Shown here: one piece after another, positions 19,728-29,486 of the stretch
Numbering within the stretch: position 1 is the first letter of the stretch
Layout of the letters: each line of letters opens with the position of its first letter
Program-made: the position numbers and the translations under genes
Assembly: GCA_963677895.2 (NCBI GenBank)
Contig: CAXXGJ010000002.1
Coordinates: 192,001 to 256,000 of the forward strand
Source of the DNA: Treponemataceae bacterium
GTDB lineage: Bacteria; Spirochaetota; Spirochaetia; Treponematales; Rectinemataceae
DNA: 64,000 nt
Reading direction: 5' to 3'
The notes under the pieces: generated by a model
Told to the model about the DNA's origin: nothing
Seen by the model: the letters and a program-made list of their open reading frames with translations, nothing else
Databases searched by the model: none

Positions 19728-20819
19728 ATGCAGAAAAAGGCCGATGGTCAATTCTACGCTCCGAAGGGTAAAGCAGAGCCTGTTTGCGGGAAGGGTGAAT
19801 TCAAGCTGGGCGTAATCGGGCTCGATCATGGGCACATCTATGGAATGTGCAACGGCTTCACCGAGGCGGGAGCCGAGGTTGTCCGAGTCTGGGATCCCGA
19901 TCCGGCGAAAGTAGCCGCCTTCCGTAAACAGTTTCCCGATGCCGTAGCCGTTTCCGATGAACGCGCCATCCTGGAGGATCCGGCGATCCGGATGGTGGTG
20001 GCGGCGCCCATTCCCTGCGAACGCGGGGCCTTGGGCGTTCGCGTGATGGAACAGGGCAAGGATTATTTCTGCGACAAGCCTCCCTTCACCAGGCAATCCG
20101 ATATCGACAAGGCGAGGAAAACGGCCGCGAAAACGGGTCGGAAATATGGGGTCTACTACAGCGAGCGCCTCCATGTTGAAGCTTCCGTGTACGCCGAAAA
20201 ACTGATAGCCGAGGGAGCCATAGGCCAGGTGATCCAGGTCATCGGCACCGGCCCCCACAGAATCAGCCTCTCCCAGCGTCCGGCCTGGTTTTTCGACAGG
20301 AAGAAGTTCGGGGGCATCCTCGTGGATCTGGGCTGCCATCAGGTCGAGCAGATACTGTTCTTCACCGGGGCGAAAGACGCTTCCGTCGCCGCCTCCCGGG
20401 TGACTTCCTATAAATACAAGGAATATCCCGATTTCGAGGATTTCGGCGACGCGTCCCTCGTCATGGACAATGGGGCATCGGGATATTTATGCGTCCATTG
20501 GTTCACGCCCGACGGACTGGGGGCCTGGGGGGACGGGCGCACCTTCATCCAGGGCACCGACGGCTATCTGGAGCTGCGGAAGTATATCGATGTGGCGGCC
20601 AATCCCGAGGGCGACCATGTCATCCTCGTGAACCACGAAGGCGAATATCATTTCAACGCCGCGGGCAAGATGGGTTTCCCCTTTTTCGGAAGGTTCATAA
20701 GGGACTGCATGGACAGGACTTCGCTGGCGATGGATCAAAACATGGTGTTCCGCGCCATTGAAATCGCGATAGAGGCTGAGGAAAGGGCATTGTCGGCCAA
20801 TAGGAGCGTAGGCGGATGA
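19728..20819 (+). CDS. Gfo/Idh/MocA family NAD(P)-dependent oxidoreductase
   Basis: GVIGLDHGH Rossmann start, CDKP, GGILVDLGCHQ, W-TPDGL-WGDGR. Confidence 0.9.
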   Translation: MQKKADGQFYAPKGKAEPVCGKGEFKLGVIGLDHGHIYGMCNGFTEAGAEVVRVWDPDPAKVAAFRKQFPDAVAVSDERAILEDPAIRMVVAAPIPCERGALGVRVMEQGKDYFCDKPPFTRQSDIDKARKTAAKTGRKYGVYYSERLHVEASVYAEKLIAEGAIGQVIQVIGTGPHRISLSQRPAWFFDRKKFGGILVDLGCHQVEQILFFTGAKDASVAASRVTSYKYKEYPDFEDFGDASLVMDNGASGYLCVHWFTPDGLGAWGDGRTFIQGTDGYLELRKYIDVAANPEGDHVILVNHEGEYHFNAAGKMGFPFFGRFIRDCMDRTSLAMDQNMVFRAIEIAIEAEERALSANRSVGG

Positions 20820-21886
20820 GCGCGACGCCGAAGAATGAGCGGGAGCTCGACGAATGTCTTTCGATGCCTTCGGACAAAGTGATCGATTTCATGAGCAGAC
20901 TCGATGGAGACGTGATGCTGCTCGGAGCCGCCGGCAAGGTGGGTGTGACGCTGGCGATGATGGCCGCGAGAGCCGCGCGCGACGCGCGCGACGCGCGCAA
21001 AGCCCGCGACGCCCGCGCTTCGGGGAAAGTGCGGAAGGTGTATGCGGTTTCGCGGTTCGGGGATTCGGAAGCGCGGGCGAAATGCGAAGCGGCCGGTGTC
21101 GAGACCATAGCCTGCGATCTTCTCGACAGGAAAAACGTCGACAGCCTTCCTGAGTCGCGCAACGTTATATTTCTTGCCGGAAAGAAATTCGGCACGAGCG
21201 GGGCGCAGGATCAGACATGGGCGATGAACACCATTGTGCCAGCCAACGTGGCCGAACGCTATCCCGGCAGCCGCATCGTCGTTTTTTCGACGGGATGCGT
21301 CTACGAATTGAAGAAACCGGATACGGGAGGAAGCGCCGAATGCGACGAACCGGCGCCCATCGGCGAATATGCCCAGTCGGCGCTGGGACGAGAGCGAGTC
21401 TTCGAATACTACTCGCGGAAGAACGGCACGCAAGTCTGCCTCTTTCGCCTCAATTACGCCATCGACCTGCGCTACGGAGTCCTGCACGACATAGGCCGGA
21501 AAGTGGCGGCGGGGGAGCCGGTGGATCTTGGCTCGGGAACATTCAACTGCATTTGGCAGGGCGATGTCCTGGAACGCGCCCTTCTCGCCCTCGATTTATG
21601 CGCCTCGCCGCCCGCGGCATTGAACGTGACAGGTCCCGAAACCATAGCGGTGCGTTGGGCGGCCGAGGAACTCGGAAAACGCCTGGGAAGGAAACCTTCG
21701 TTCGTCAATGAAGAGTTGGCCGCCAATCCCGTCTATCTTTCTAACGCGGCCTTGTCCTTTTCGCTTTTCGGATACCCGCGCGTCTCCCTGGCCGAGATGA
21801 TCGATATGACGGCCGAGTGGATCGGCACGGGAGGTTCCTCGCTCGGAAAGCCGACGCATTTCGAGCGCAGGGACGGGAAATATTAA
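20816..21886 (+). CDS. NAD-dependent epimerase/dehydratase family protein
   Basis: LLGAAGKVG, AVSRF, LAGKKFG, FSTGCVY, EYAQSALGRE, RLNYAIDLRYG. Confidence 0.85.
   Translation: MSATPKNERELDECLSMPSDKVIDFMSRLDGDVMLLGAAGKVGVTLAMMAARAARDARDARKARDARASGKVRKVYAVSRFGDSEARAKCEAAGVETIACDLLDRKNVDSLPESRNVIFLAGKKFGTSGAQDQTWAMNTIVPANVAERYPGSRIVVFSTGCVYELKKPDTGGSAECDEPAPIGEYAQSALGRERVFEYYSRKNGTQVCLFRLNYAIDLRYGVLHDIGRKVAAGEPVDLGSGTFNCIWQGDVLERALLALDLCASPPAALNVTGPETIAVRWAAEELGKRLGRKPSFVNEELAANPVYLSNAALSFSLFGYPRVSLAEMIDMTAEWIGTGGSSLGKPTHFERRDGKY
20975..21019 (+). repeat. In-frame 9-bp tandem repeat (5 units)
   Basis: GCGCGCGAC GCGCGCGAC GCGCGCAAA GCCCGCGAC GCCCGCGCT encoding ARD-ARD-ARK-ARD-ARA. Confidence 0.8.
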
Positions 21887-21898
21887 AAGGAGACCGTC

Positions 21899-22975
21899 AT
21901 GAAAATCGACGAGTTGCCCGCTTTCGTGCCTGAAAGGATACGCCGCGGGACGGTGATCCCGGCCATGCCGCTCGCGCTCGACGCCGGCCGGCGATTCGAC
22001 GAGAAGCGACAGCGCGCCCTCGTTCGCTACTATATCGACGCGGGCGCGGGCGGCTTGGCCGTCGGCGTCCACACCACCCAGTTCGCTATCCGCGAGCCGC
22101 GTTATGGCCTCTTCAAGCCCGTACTCGCCGCCGTCTCGCGGATGATCGACGAGCATTCGACCGCCCGCGCCCTGCCCATAGTGAAAATAGGCGGCATCTG
22201 CGGCCGTACCGAGCAGGCCCGCGCCGAGGCCGAATTCCTCGTCGACCAAGGCTACCACGCCGGCCTCCTGAGCCTCGCCGCCATGAAGGCCGATTCGCTG
22301 GAAACCCTCGTCGAGCACGCGCGCGCGATAGCCGAAGTCATTCCTCTCATCGGTTTCTATCTTCAGCCCGACGTGGGCGGTCGCGTGCTGCCCTACGCCT
22401 TCTGGAAGGAATTCGCCCGCATCGACAACGTGCTGGCCATCAAGATGGCGCCTTTCAACCGCTATCGCACCATCGATGTCGTGCGCGCCGTCTGCGACGC
22501 CGGGCGCGAAAAGGACATAGCCCTATACACAGGCAACGACGACAACATCGTCGTGGACCTCCTCACCGAGTACAGGATCGTCGCGCCCGACGGCGCGGAA
22601 AAACGCGTCCTCATCGTGGGGGGCTTGCTGGGACAGTGGTGCCTCTGGACGAAAAAAGCCGTGGAGCTTCATGCCGCGTTGCGCGATCTCGCAATATCGG
22701 GCCGAGACATCCCGGCCTCCCTGCTCACCCTGGCGCAGGAGCTGACCGACGCCAACGCGGCTGTATTCGACGCGGCCAACGGTTTCGCTGGCTGCATTCC
22801 CGGCATCCACGAGGCGCTGCGACGTCAGGGACTCCTCGCCGGCACCTGGTGCCTCGATCCCGACGAAGTCCTGTCGCCCGGACAGGCCGAGGAAATCGCC
22901 AGGGTCCGCCGCGCCTATCCTCACCTCGCCGACGACGAATTCGTATCGGAGCGCCTCGCGGAATGGCTATCATGA
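21899..22975 (+). CDS. DHDPS/N-acetylneuraminate lyase family class I aldolase-like protein
   Basis: VIPAMPLAL, GVHTTQF, FYLQP, AIKMAPFNRY (Schiff-base Lys), YTGNDD. Confidence 0.85.
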   Translation: MKIDELPAFVPERIRRGTVIPAMPLALDAGRRFDEKRQRALVRYYIDAGAGGLAVGVHTTQFAIREPRYGLFKPVLAAVSRMIDEHSTARALPIVKIGGICGRTEQARAEAEFLVDQGYHAGLLSLAAMKADSLETLVEHARAIAEVIPLIGFYLQPDVGGRVLPYAFWKEFARIDNVLAIKMAPFNRYRTIDVVRAVCDAGREKDIALYTGNDDNIVVDLLTEYRIVAPDGAEKRVLIVGGLLGQWCLWTKKAVELHAALRDLAISGRDIPASLLTLAQELTDANAAVFDAANGFAGCIPGIHEALRRQGLLAGTWCLDPDEVLSPGQAEEIARVRRAYPHLADDEFVSERLAEWLS

Positions 22976-23032
22976 ATCGCGCAACGCGAATAAAGCGACC
23001 GCGACGCTGAACAAGGCGCAAGCCGCAACGTT

Positions 23033-23061
23033 AAAAAAGCCGCCTTTTCGGGCGGCTTTTT
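23033..23061. terminator. Bidirectional intrinsic terminator
   Basis: AAAAAAGCCGCC-TTTTCG-GGCGGCTTTTT between convergent genes. Confidence 0.85.
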
Positions 23062-23109
23062 GTTTGATGATGGAAGCGGCATTTTATACACCACCGGACC
23101 TTGGCGGCG

Positions 23110-24627
23110 TCAGGCTTCGGTTTTGGCCTTTTTCAGCTTTCCGAAAAGGGTTTTGATCCATTTTGCCCTCGAGAGGACGATGAACATTGTCAGGAGGAAG
23201 AGCCCGAGGCAAATCGGCCTGGTGAAGAAAGGCTCGAGGCTTCCGTTCGAAAGGATGAGGGCCCTGCGCAGGTTCTTGTCCAGAATGTCGCCCAGGATGA
23301 TGCCCAGGACGAGGGGTGCCATAGGGTAATCCATCTCCCTGAGGACGAAGCCCAGGATGCCGAAGAAGATCATGATGCCCACGTCGAAGAGGCGGGACTG
23401 GATGGAGAAGGCGCCTACGACGCAGAGGATGAAGACGATGGGCATGAGCTTCTGCCGTGGTACCTGCAGGACTTTCGTGAGAGGCCGGACCATGGTGAGG
23501 CCGAGGACGAACATCGCCACCGTCGCGATCAGGACCATGGCGATCACTTCATAGACGAAGGTAGGCGCCTCGATCATGATGAGAGGACCAGGCCTGACCC
23601 CGTGGATGAGCATGGCGCCGAGGAGGACGGCGGCTGGGGCGGAACCCGGTATGGCCAGGGTGAGGACGGGGATGATGGCGCCGGGGACGCAGGCGTTGTT
23701 GCCCGTCTCCGAGGCGAGAAGCCCCTCGACCGATCCCTTGCCGAAGAGAGCCTTCTCCTCGGGCTTGGCGCCGCGTTTGGCCAAATCGTAGGACACCCAG
23801 GCCGCGATATCCTCGCCGACGCCCGGTATGGCCCCGATGATGGTGCCCACTATGCCCGAGCGGATGATGGTTTTCCAGTATTTCAGGATCTCGCGCGGCT
23901 TGGGCAGTATCCTTCCGATCTTGTTCTTCACGACTTCCATCTTCGAATACCGCATGACGGATATGATCTCGGCCAGGCCGAAGGTGCCGACCATCGCCGG
24001 TATGAGGGCTATGCCGCCCGAGAGGTCGGTCGAGCCGAAGGAAAAGCGTATGTAGGCATGGATGCCTTCCATGCCTACCATCGCGACGAAGAGGCCTATG
24101 AAGCCCGATATCCAGCCCTTGAGCGGATCCTTGGGCGCGGTCAGGTTGCCGCAGATGATGATGCCGAAGATGGCGAACCAGACGAACTCGAATGACTGGA
24201 ACGAAAGGGCGACGTTGCCGATCATCGGGGTGAAGACGGCCAGGAAGAACATTCCTATCATCGAACCGAGAAAGGATCCCGTCGTGGCGAGGCCGATGGC
24301 TTCGCCCGCCCTTCCCATCTTGGCGAGGGGGAATCCGTCGAGGGTCGTGGCGGCGTTGGCCGGCGTGCCCGGAATGTTGAGGAGGATGGCGCTTCTGCTG
24401 CCTCCGTAGATCGCCCCGATATACATACAGATCAGGACGAGAATGGCGTCGCTGGCGGGCATCGTGTAGGTCAGAGTCGTGAGCAGGGCGACGCCCATGG
24501 TCGCGGTCAGGCCGGGGAGCATCCCGATGATGATGCCCAGTTCGGTGGCCCATACGACGTTGATGAGCGTCTTGAAATTCATGAAGGTGGCGAGGGCGTC
24601 GCCGAACATTTCAAGTCCTTGGAACAT
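23110..24627 (-). CDS. tctA: Tripartite tricarboxylate transporter large permease
   Basis: GMLPGLTATMG, YGGSRSAILLNIPGTP, ETGNNA, LTLAIPGS, APLVLGIILG. Confidence 0.95.
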   Translation of the reverse strand: MFQGLEMFGDALATFMNFKTLINVVWATELGIIIGMLPGLTATMGVALLTTLTYTMPASDAILVLICMYIGAIYGGSRSAILLNIPGTPANAATTLDGFPLAKMGRAGEAIGLATTGSFLGSMIGMFFLAVFTPMIGNVALSFQSFEFVWFAIFGIIICGNLTAPKDPLKGWISGFIGLFVAMVGMEGIHAYIRFSFGSTDLSGGIALIPAMVGTFGLAEIISVMRYSKMEVVKNKIGRILPKPREILKYWKTIIRSGIVGTIIGAIPGVGEDIAAWVSYDLAKRGAKPEEKALFGKGSVEGLLASETGNNACVPGAIIPVLTLAIPGSAPAAVLLGAMLIHGVRPGPLIMIEAPTFVYEVIAMVLIATVAMFVLGLTMVRPLTKVLQVPRQKLMPIVFILCVVGAFSIQSRLFDVGIMIFFGILGFVLREMDYPMAPLVLGIILGDILDKNLRRALILSNGSLEPFFTRPICLGLFLLTMFIVLSRAKWIKTLFGKLKKAKTEA

Positions 24628-24637
24628 TATGGACTCC

Positions 24638-25162
24638 TCAGGGTAGATTGACGAGGAAGAGTTTCTGGAACACGAGAGTGACCGAAACCGTCGTGATGAG
24701 CGCGATGACGAGCGCGACGAGGACTTTTTTCGTCTGAGGCTTGAAAGCGGCCTTGAAATCGTACTCGAAGAGCAGGATGAAAACGAGGACGAAGAGGAAG
24801 GTCGGGATCGGGAACCAGAGTTTGCCCAGGAGGAAGGTATAAGCCAGACAGAGGGCGACGGTGAGCAAGATTCTCCGCGTGGTTTCCTGGGAAAGGACGT
24901 TCTTGGGCACGATGCCTTCCCGGAACTCGGCGAATGCCTTCCGCTTGAGCGATCGGATGAACATCGACGAGCTGAGAAGCAAGAGCATGACGCCTATGAA
25001 ACCCGGGACGATGCCGGGGGCGGAATACACGCTCTGGTTCTGGTCCGCCATGGTCGGCATCCCCAAGGACAGCACGAGAATGGCCGTGCCGAAAACAATT
25101 AGTATGATTGAGGTTATCAGATCGGCTTTGAGCATCGATTTTTCGGTCATCGAAATCTCCAT
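24638..25162 (-). CDS. tctB: Tripartite tricarboxylate transporter small permease
   Basis: Four-TM protein, APGIVP, ends FQKLFLVNLP; between tctC and tctA. Confidence 0.88.
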   Translation of the reverse strand: MEISMTEKSMLKADLITSIILIVFGTAILVLSLGMPTMADQNQSVYSAPGIVPGFIGVMLLLLSSSMFIRSLKRKAFAEFREGIVPKNVLSQETTRRILLTVALCLAYTFLLGKLWFPIPTFLFVLVFILLFEYDFKAAFKPQTKKVLVALVIALITTVSVTLVFQKLFLVNLP

Positions 25163-25234
25163 GGATCAGAGTGCGAAGAGAGGCCGCCCGCCGCGGCGGG
25201 CAGCCTCTTGCTTTGAATTAAGGGAGAACTGGAC

Positions 25235-26245
25235 TTAGGGCTTGGGAATGCCCACGGTGTCCGGCGATATCTTGGTTTTTCCGGCTTCGTAGTAGAGCCA
25301 CGCGACAGGCTGATAGTATGCGAAAGCCTTGTCCTGGGCTTCCTGGCCGAAGGAGGGGGCGAAAACCGCGCCGCGGGAAACGGCATAGTCCTGGATTTTC
25401 TTCGACTTCATGATGACATCGGTCCATGCCTTGTTCACGGTGTCGATCACTTCCTGCGGTACTCCCTTCGGGATGAAGATGCCGAAGTAATTGGGGCCGG
25501 ACTTGAAATCCTTGAGCCATTTCGTGATCGGCGCGATGGTTCCGTATCCCTCGAGTTGGAGGGGTTTGTCCGAGAGGACGGCGAGAGGCCTGAGCTTCTT
25601 GCCGCGGATCATGTCGGCTTGTTCGACGGCGAGCTGGGTGGTGACCTGGGTTTCGCCGGAGATCGTCGCGATGACGGCCGGGTTGCCGCCGTCGTAGGTG
25701 ACGTGCTTGTAGTCTATTCCGGTGAATTTCTTGATCATCTCGATGCCTATATGACCGGCCGAACTCATTCCGGCGGTCGCGACGGTGATCTTGCCGGGAT
25801 TGGCCTTGAAGGCCGCGAGAAGCTCGTCGAAGGTCTTGTAGGGCGTGTTGGCGTTGACGCTGACGACCATGACATTGGCGACGGACAGATAAATATTCCA
25901 ATCCTTCCTGATGTCGGTGTCGAGGAATCCGAGCACGGGATAGGTGGCGAGGTCGGCCGCGGCTCCTGATGCCCAGGTGTAGCCGTCGCGGGGAGCGTCA
26001 AGGACGGATTTTGTTCCCACAGAGCCCGAGGCTCCCGGCTGATTGACGATGACAAGCTTGGTGCCCAGAGCGGCTTCCAGCTCGCCGGCCGCGATGCGCG
26101 TGATCTGGTCGGTCGAACCGCCGGCGCCCCATGGGACGATGACGTTGATGGGTTTCGTGGGCTTCCATGTGGCCTGGGCCGAAACCCCGGTCACGATGCA
26201 GAGAAGCATGAGGATGGCGAATATACTGCATGCTGTCTTTTTCAT
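25235..26245 (-). CDS. tctC: Tripartite tricarboxylate transporter substrate-binding protein (Bug/TctC)
   Basis: Signal peptide, KPINVIVPWGAGGSTD, VNQPGASG, PRDGYT, YDGG. Confidence 0.93.
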   Translation of the reverse strand: MKKTACSIFAILMLLCIVTGVSAQATWKPTKPINVIVPWGAGGSTDQITRIAAGELEAALGTKLVIVNQPGASGSVGTKSVLDAPRDGYTWASGAAADLATYPVLGFLDTDIRKDWNIYLSVANVMVVSVNANTPYKTFDELLAAFKANPGKITVATAGMSSAGHIGIEMIKKFTGIDYKHVTYDGGNPAVIATISGETQVTTQLAVEQADMIRGKKLRPLAVLSDKPLQLEGYGTIAPITKWLKDFKSGPNYFGIFIPKGVPQEVIDTVNKAWTDVIMKSKKIQDYAVSRGAVFAPSFGQEAQDKAFAYYQPVAWLYYEAGKTKISPDTVGIPKP

Positions 26246-26282
26246 CGAGACTCCTCCTGTAGATTTTCGATACGACGAAGAA

Positions 26283-26312
26283 AGTATAGGTGGGGTTATT
26301 AAGCGCTGTCAA
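26283..26312 (-). promoter_or_regulatory. Putative sigma-70 promoter of tctCBA
   Basis: TTGACA-N18-TATACT on minus strand. Confidence 0.6.
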
Positions 26313-26379
26313 GAAAATTTGTTTTTTTATACATTTTATTGAATATTCTTTGAGGGCTTTCGCATGATGTTGAAATTGC

Positions 26380-26408
26380 TTGACAAAGGCAGGGACGCAA
26401 ACGATCCT
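26380..26408 (+). promoter_or_regulatory. Putative promoter of SDR-GH88 operon (leaderless)
   Basis: TTGACA-N17-GATCCT, 6 nt before ATG 26415. Confidence 0.4.
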
Positions 26409-26414
26409 GTCTTT

Positions 26415-27236
26415 ATGCTGAATTCCGCATTTGGTGACGAGGGCGACCGACGGTTGCCCGTCGCCCTTGTGACGGGCTCGAGTCGTGGCTTAGGCAGGGG
26501 CATCGCCCTGGAGCTGGCGGCGCATGGTTTCTCGGTGGCCATTCACTATTCGGGCAACGAAGACGCCGCTAAGGAAACCTGCTCCCTCTGCGGCGCGGCG
26601 GCCGCTTCGGGCGCCCAGCGTTTCGGGATTTTTCGCTGCGATATCTCGGATTCGGCCCAGCGAGCGGGCCTCGTCGAGTCCGTCTTCGCCCATTTCGGCG
26701 CCCTCGACGCCCTCGTGAACAACGCGGGCATGGGGCCTCGCCTGCGGGCCGACATTCTCGAGGCGAGCGAAGCGTCCTTCGAGGAAGTGCTGCGCGTCAA
26801 CCTGCAGGGACCTTATTTCCTAACCCAGGCGGTGGCGCGGCGCTGGCTTTCCGGCGGCGCCGCGTCCGCGCTCCCCCAAGGCTTCAAGATTATATTCGTC
26901 ACTTCCATATCGGCCATCACCGCGTCGATAGGCAGAGGCGAATACTGCGTCTCCAAGGCAGGCCTCTCGATGGCGGCCCAGCTCTGGGCAACGAGACTGG
27001 CGGATTCGGGCATCCAGGTATACGAACTTCGTCCCGGCATCATGGAGACCGACATGACGAAGGGCGTCAAGGGAAAATACGACGCGATGATCGCCGAGGG
27101 CGTGGTTCCCCAGGGACGCTGGGGCTATCCGGCCGATGTCGGCAGAGCCGTCCGATCCCTCCTCGAAGGCGATTTCGCCTTTTCGACGGGCAATGTCTTC
27201 AATATAGACGGCGGATTCCATATCTCGAGGCTTTGA
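26415..27236 (+). CDS. Short-chain dehydrogenase/reductase
   Basis: TGSSRGLG, LVNNAG, S...YCVSK catalytic motif, RPGIMETDM. Confidence 0.92.
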   Translation: MLNSAFGDEGDRRLPVALVTGSSRGLGRGIALELAAHGFSVAIHYSGNEDAAKETCSLCGAAAASGAQRFGIFRCDISDSAQRAGLVESVFAHFGALDALVNNAGMGPRLRADILEASEASFEEVLRVNLQGPYFLTQAVARRWLSGGAASALPQGFKIIFVTSISAITASIGRGEYCVSKAGLSMAAQLWATRLADSGIQVYELRPGIMETDMTKGVKGKYDAMIAEGVVPQGRWGYPADVGRAVRSLLEGDFAFSTGNVFNIDGGFHISRL

Positions 27237-27259
27237 AAGGTCATCTCCAGGAGGTTTCG

Positions 27260-28648
27260 ATGATCGATCTGCACGAAACGACGGACTGGGCGTCCTTCGC
27301 CGGACCGGTCGGCAAGGTTTTTTCCCTGGCCGCTGGCAAGACGAAGCTGCTCGCCTCCCATTGGGAAGGCGAATCGGGGTCGCCGGTATTCACGATAGGC
27401 GGACGCTACACGCAGCGCGGCTGGACCGAATGGACCCAAGGTTTCCAGTTCGGCAACGCCCTCCTGATATTCGAAGCGTCGGGCGATCCCTGGTTCCTGG
27501 ACTATGGCCGCCGAAACACCGTCAGCTCCATGGCGCGCCATGTCTCCCATTTTGGGGTCCACGACCACGGCTTCAATAACATCTCAACCTACGGCAATCT
27601 CCTCCGCATGATGGCCGAGGGGCGGATCGAGAGGAACGAGTGGGAAGCCGAGTTCTACCGTCTGGCCCTCAAGGTCTCGGGCGCCGTCCAGGCATCGCGC
27701 TGGACCCACTTTCCCGACCTCGGCTTCATCTATTCCTTCAACGGCGCTCACTCCCTCTTCGCCGACACGATACGCTCGCTGCGCGCGCTCGCCGTGGCGC
27801 ACAGTCTCGGCCAGGTCCTCATGGGCGAACAGGACAAAAAGGTGAGCCTCCTCGCGCGGCTGCTGCGGCACGCCGAAACGACGGCCCGCTACAATGTCTA
27901 CTTCGGCGAGGGACGCGACCGCTGGGATGTTCCCGGAAGGGTGGCCCACGAATCGATTTTCAACGTGGAAAGCCGTTCCTACCGCTGCCCCGCCAGCCAG
28001 CAAGGTTATTCGCCCTTCACCACCTGGACGAGAGGCCTCGCCTGGATAATCCTCGGCTTCGCCGAAGAACTGGAATATCTGGCGACCCTTCCGGAATCCG
28101 AGTTTACCGCCCTCGACCTTCTTTATTTCCCCACGAAAAAGGCGGCTCTTGAACGCTTCAAGCAGGTGGCGCGAGTAACGAGTGATTTCTTCATCGAAAA
28201 CACGCCTCCCGACGGCATACCCTACTGGGACACCGGAGCGCCCAATCTGTGGAAGCTGGGAAACTGGCTGGACAAACCCGCCGATCCGTGCAATCCCTTC
28301 GAGCCTGTGGACTCCTCGGCCGCCGCGATCGCCGCGCAGGGGTTGTTGAGGCTCGGAAGGTTCCTCGAGGCGGAGGGCGATCCTTCGGCGGACAAATACC
28401 TGCGGGCGGGCGGCAGGACGGCGCGGACGCTAATGGCGGAGCCTTACCTGAGCATGAACGCCGGACATGAAGGACTTCTCCTGAACGCGGTCTACCACTA
28501 CCCGAACCGCTGGGACGCTGCGCCGGGCGCCGACGGCATACCGCGCGGCGAATCCTGCATGTGGGGCGACTATCACCTCCTCGAGCTGGCTCTCTACCTC
28601 GGCAGGCTCGCGCGAGGCGTGGAGCCCCAGCGCTTCTACACGATATGA
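27260..28648 (+). CDS. GH88-like unsaturated glucuronyl hydrolase family protein
   Basis: WTEWTQGF, HDHGF, FADTIRS, QGYSPFTTWTRGLAW, IPYWD, DSSAAAIAA, WGDYHLLE parallel the UGL (alpha/alpha)6 motifs; no signal peptide. Confidence 0.8.
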   Translation: MIDLHETTDWASFAGPVGKVFSLAAGKTKLLASHWEGESGSPVFTIGGRYTQRGWTEWTQGFQFGNALLIFEASGDPWFLDYGRRNTVSSMARHVSHFGVHDHGFNNISTYGNLLRMMAEGRIERNEWEAEFYRLALKVSGAVQASRWTHFPDLGFIYSFNGAHSLFADTIRSLRALAVAHSLGQVLMGEQDKKVSLLARLLRHAETTARYNVYFGEGRDRWDVPGRVAHESIFNVESRSYRCPASQQGYSPFTTWTRGLAWIILGFAEELEYLATLPESEFTALDLLYFPTKKAALERFKQVARVTSDFFIENTPPDGIPYWDTGAPNLWKLGNWLDKPADPCNPFEPVDSSAAAIAAQGLLRLGRFLEAEGDPSADKYLRAGGRTARTLMAEPYLSMNAGHEGLLLNAVYHYPNRWDAAPGADGIPRGESCMWGDYHLLELALYLGRLARGVEPQRFYTI

Positions 28649-28667
28649 AAGCTAGCGGGAGGAATGA

Positions 28668-29486
28668 ATGACCGACCTGTCGCGCTTCGCGATCCATACC
28701 TTCACGACAAAACCCTGGCCCCTCGAGACGGCGGTGGCCAAATACGCGGAAGCCGGCGTATCGGGCGTCTCTGTATGGAAGGAGACGATCGAGGGCATGA
28801 AGCCGGCGAAAGCCGCCGCGCTCATACGCCAGGCCGGGCTGAGCGTCGTTTCCATGGTGCGGGGAGGCTTCTTTCCCGCGGCAGACGAGGACGAGCGCCG
28901 TCGGCGCATCGCCGACAACATCTCCCTCATCCATGCCAGCGCCGAACTCGGCGCTCCCCTCATCGTCCTCGTCTGCGGCGCCGATCCGCGCGTGCCGCTG
29001 GACGTTGCCCGCGAACAGGTCGAAGCCGGCATCGAAGCCATCCTTCCCGAGGCGGAAAAGGCCGGCGTCAAGCTGGCCATCGAGCCGCTCCATCCTATGT
29101 ACGCCGACACGCGGTCGGTCGTGAATACGATGAGGCAGGCCAACGACCTCTGCTCCCGCTTCGATCGCCCATCGCTCGGCGTCGCCGTGGACGTCTACCA
29201 TACATGGTGGGATCCCGAACTCGAGCCCGAAATCGCGCGCTGCGGCGCCATGGGCAAGATTTTCGCCTTCCATGTCTGCGACTGGAAATCGCCCACCGTC
29301 GACATGCTCAACGATCGCGGCCTTATGGGCGAGGGCTGCGTCGACATCCCGCGCATCAGGAGCTGGGTCGAAAAGGCTGGCTTTGCCGGCTTCGTCGAGG
29401 TGGAGATCTTCTCCGACCGCTACTGGAGCATGGATCAGAACGTATTTCTCGGAATGATCAGGAAAGCCTGGGAGGACAAGGTATGA
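28668..29486 (+). CDS. Sugar phosphate isomerase/epimerase (xylose isomerase-like TIM barrel)
   Basis: RGGFF, LAIEPLHP, VDVYH, FHVCD, DRGLMGEG, EVEIFS. Confidence 0.9.
   Translation: MTDLSRFAIHTFTTKPWPLETAVAKYAEAGVSGVSVWKETIEGMKPAKAAALIRQAGLSVVSMVRGGFFPAADEDERRRRIADNISLIHASAELGAPLIVLVCGADPRVPLDVAREQVEAGIEAILPEAEKAGVKLAIEPLHPMYADTRSVVNTMRQANDLCSRFDRPSLGVAVDVYHTWWDPELEPEIARCGAMGKIFAFHVCDWKSPTVDMLNDRGLMGEGCVDIPRIRSWVEKAGFAGFVEVEIFSDRYWSMDQNVFLGMIRKAWEDKV

Noticed and set aside
28664..29482. 656-aa ORF as a fusion protein
   Set aside because: N-terminal 273 aa is an off-frame Arg-rich reading of the isomerase gene; real start is ATG 29483 with GGAGG RBS
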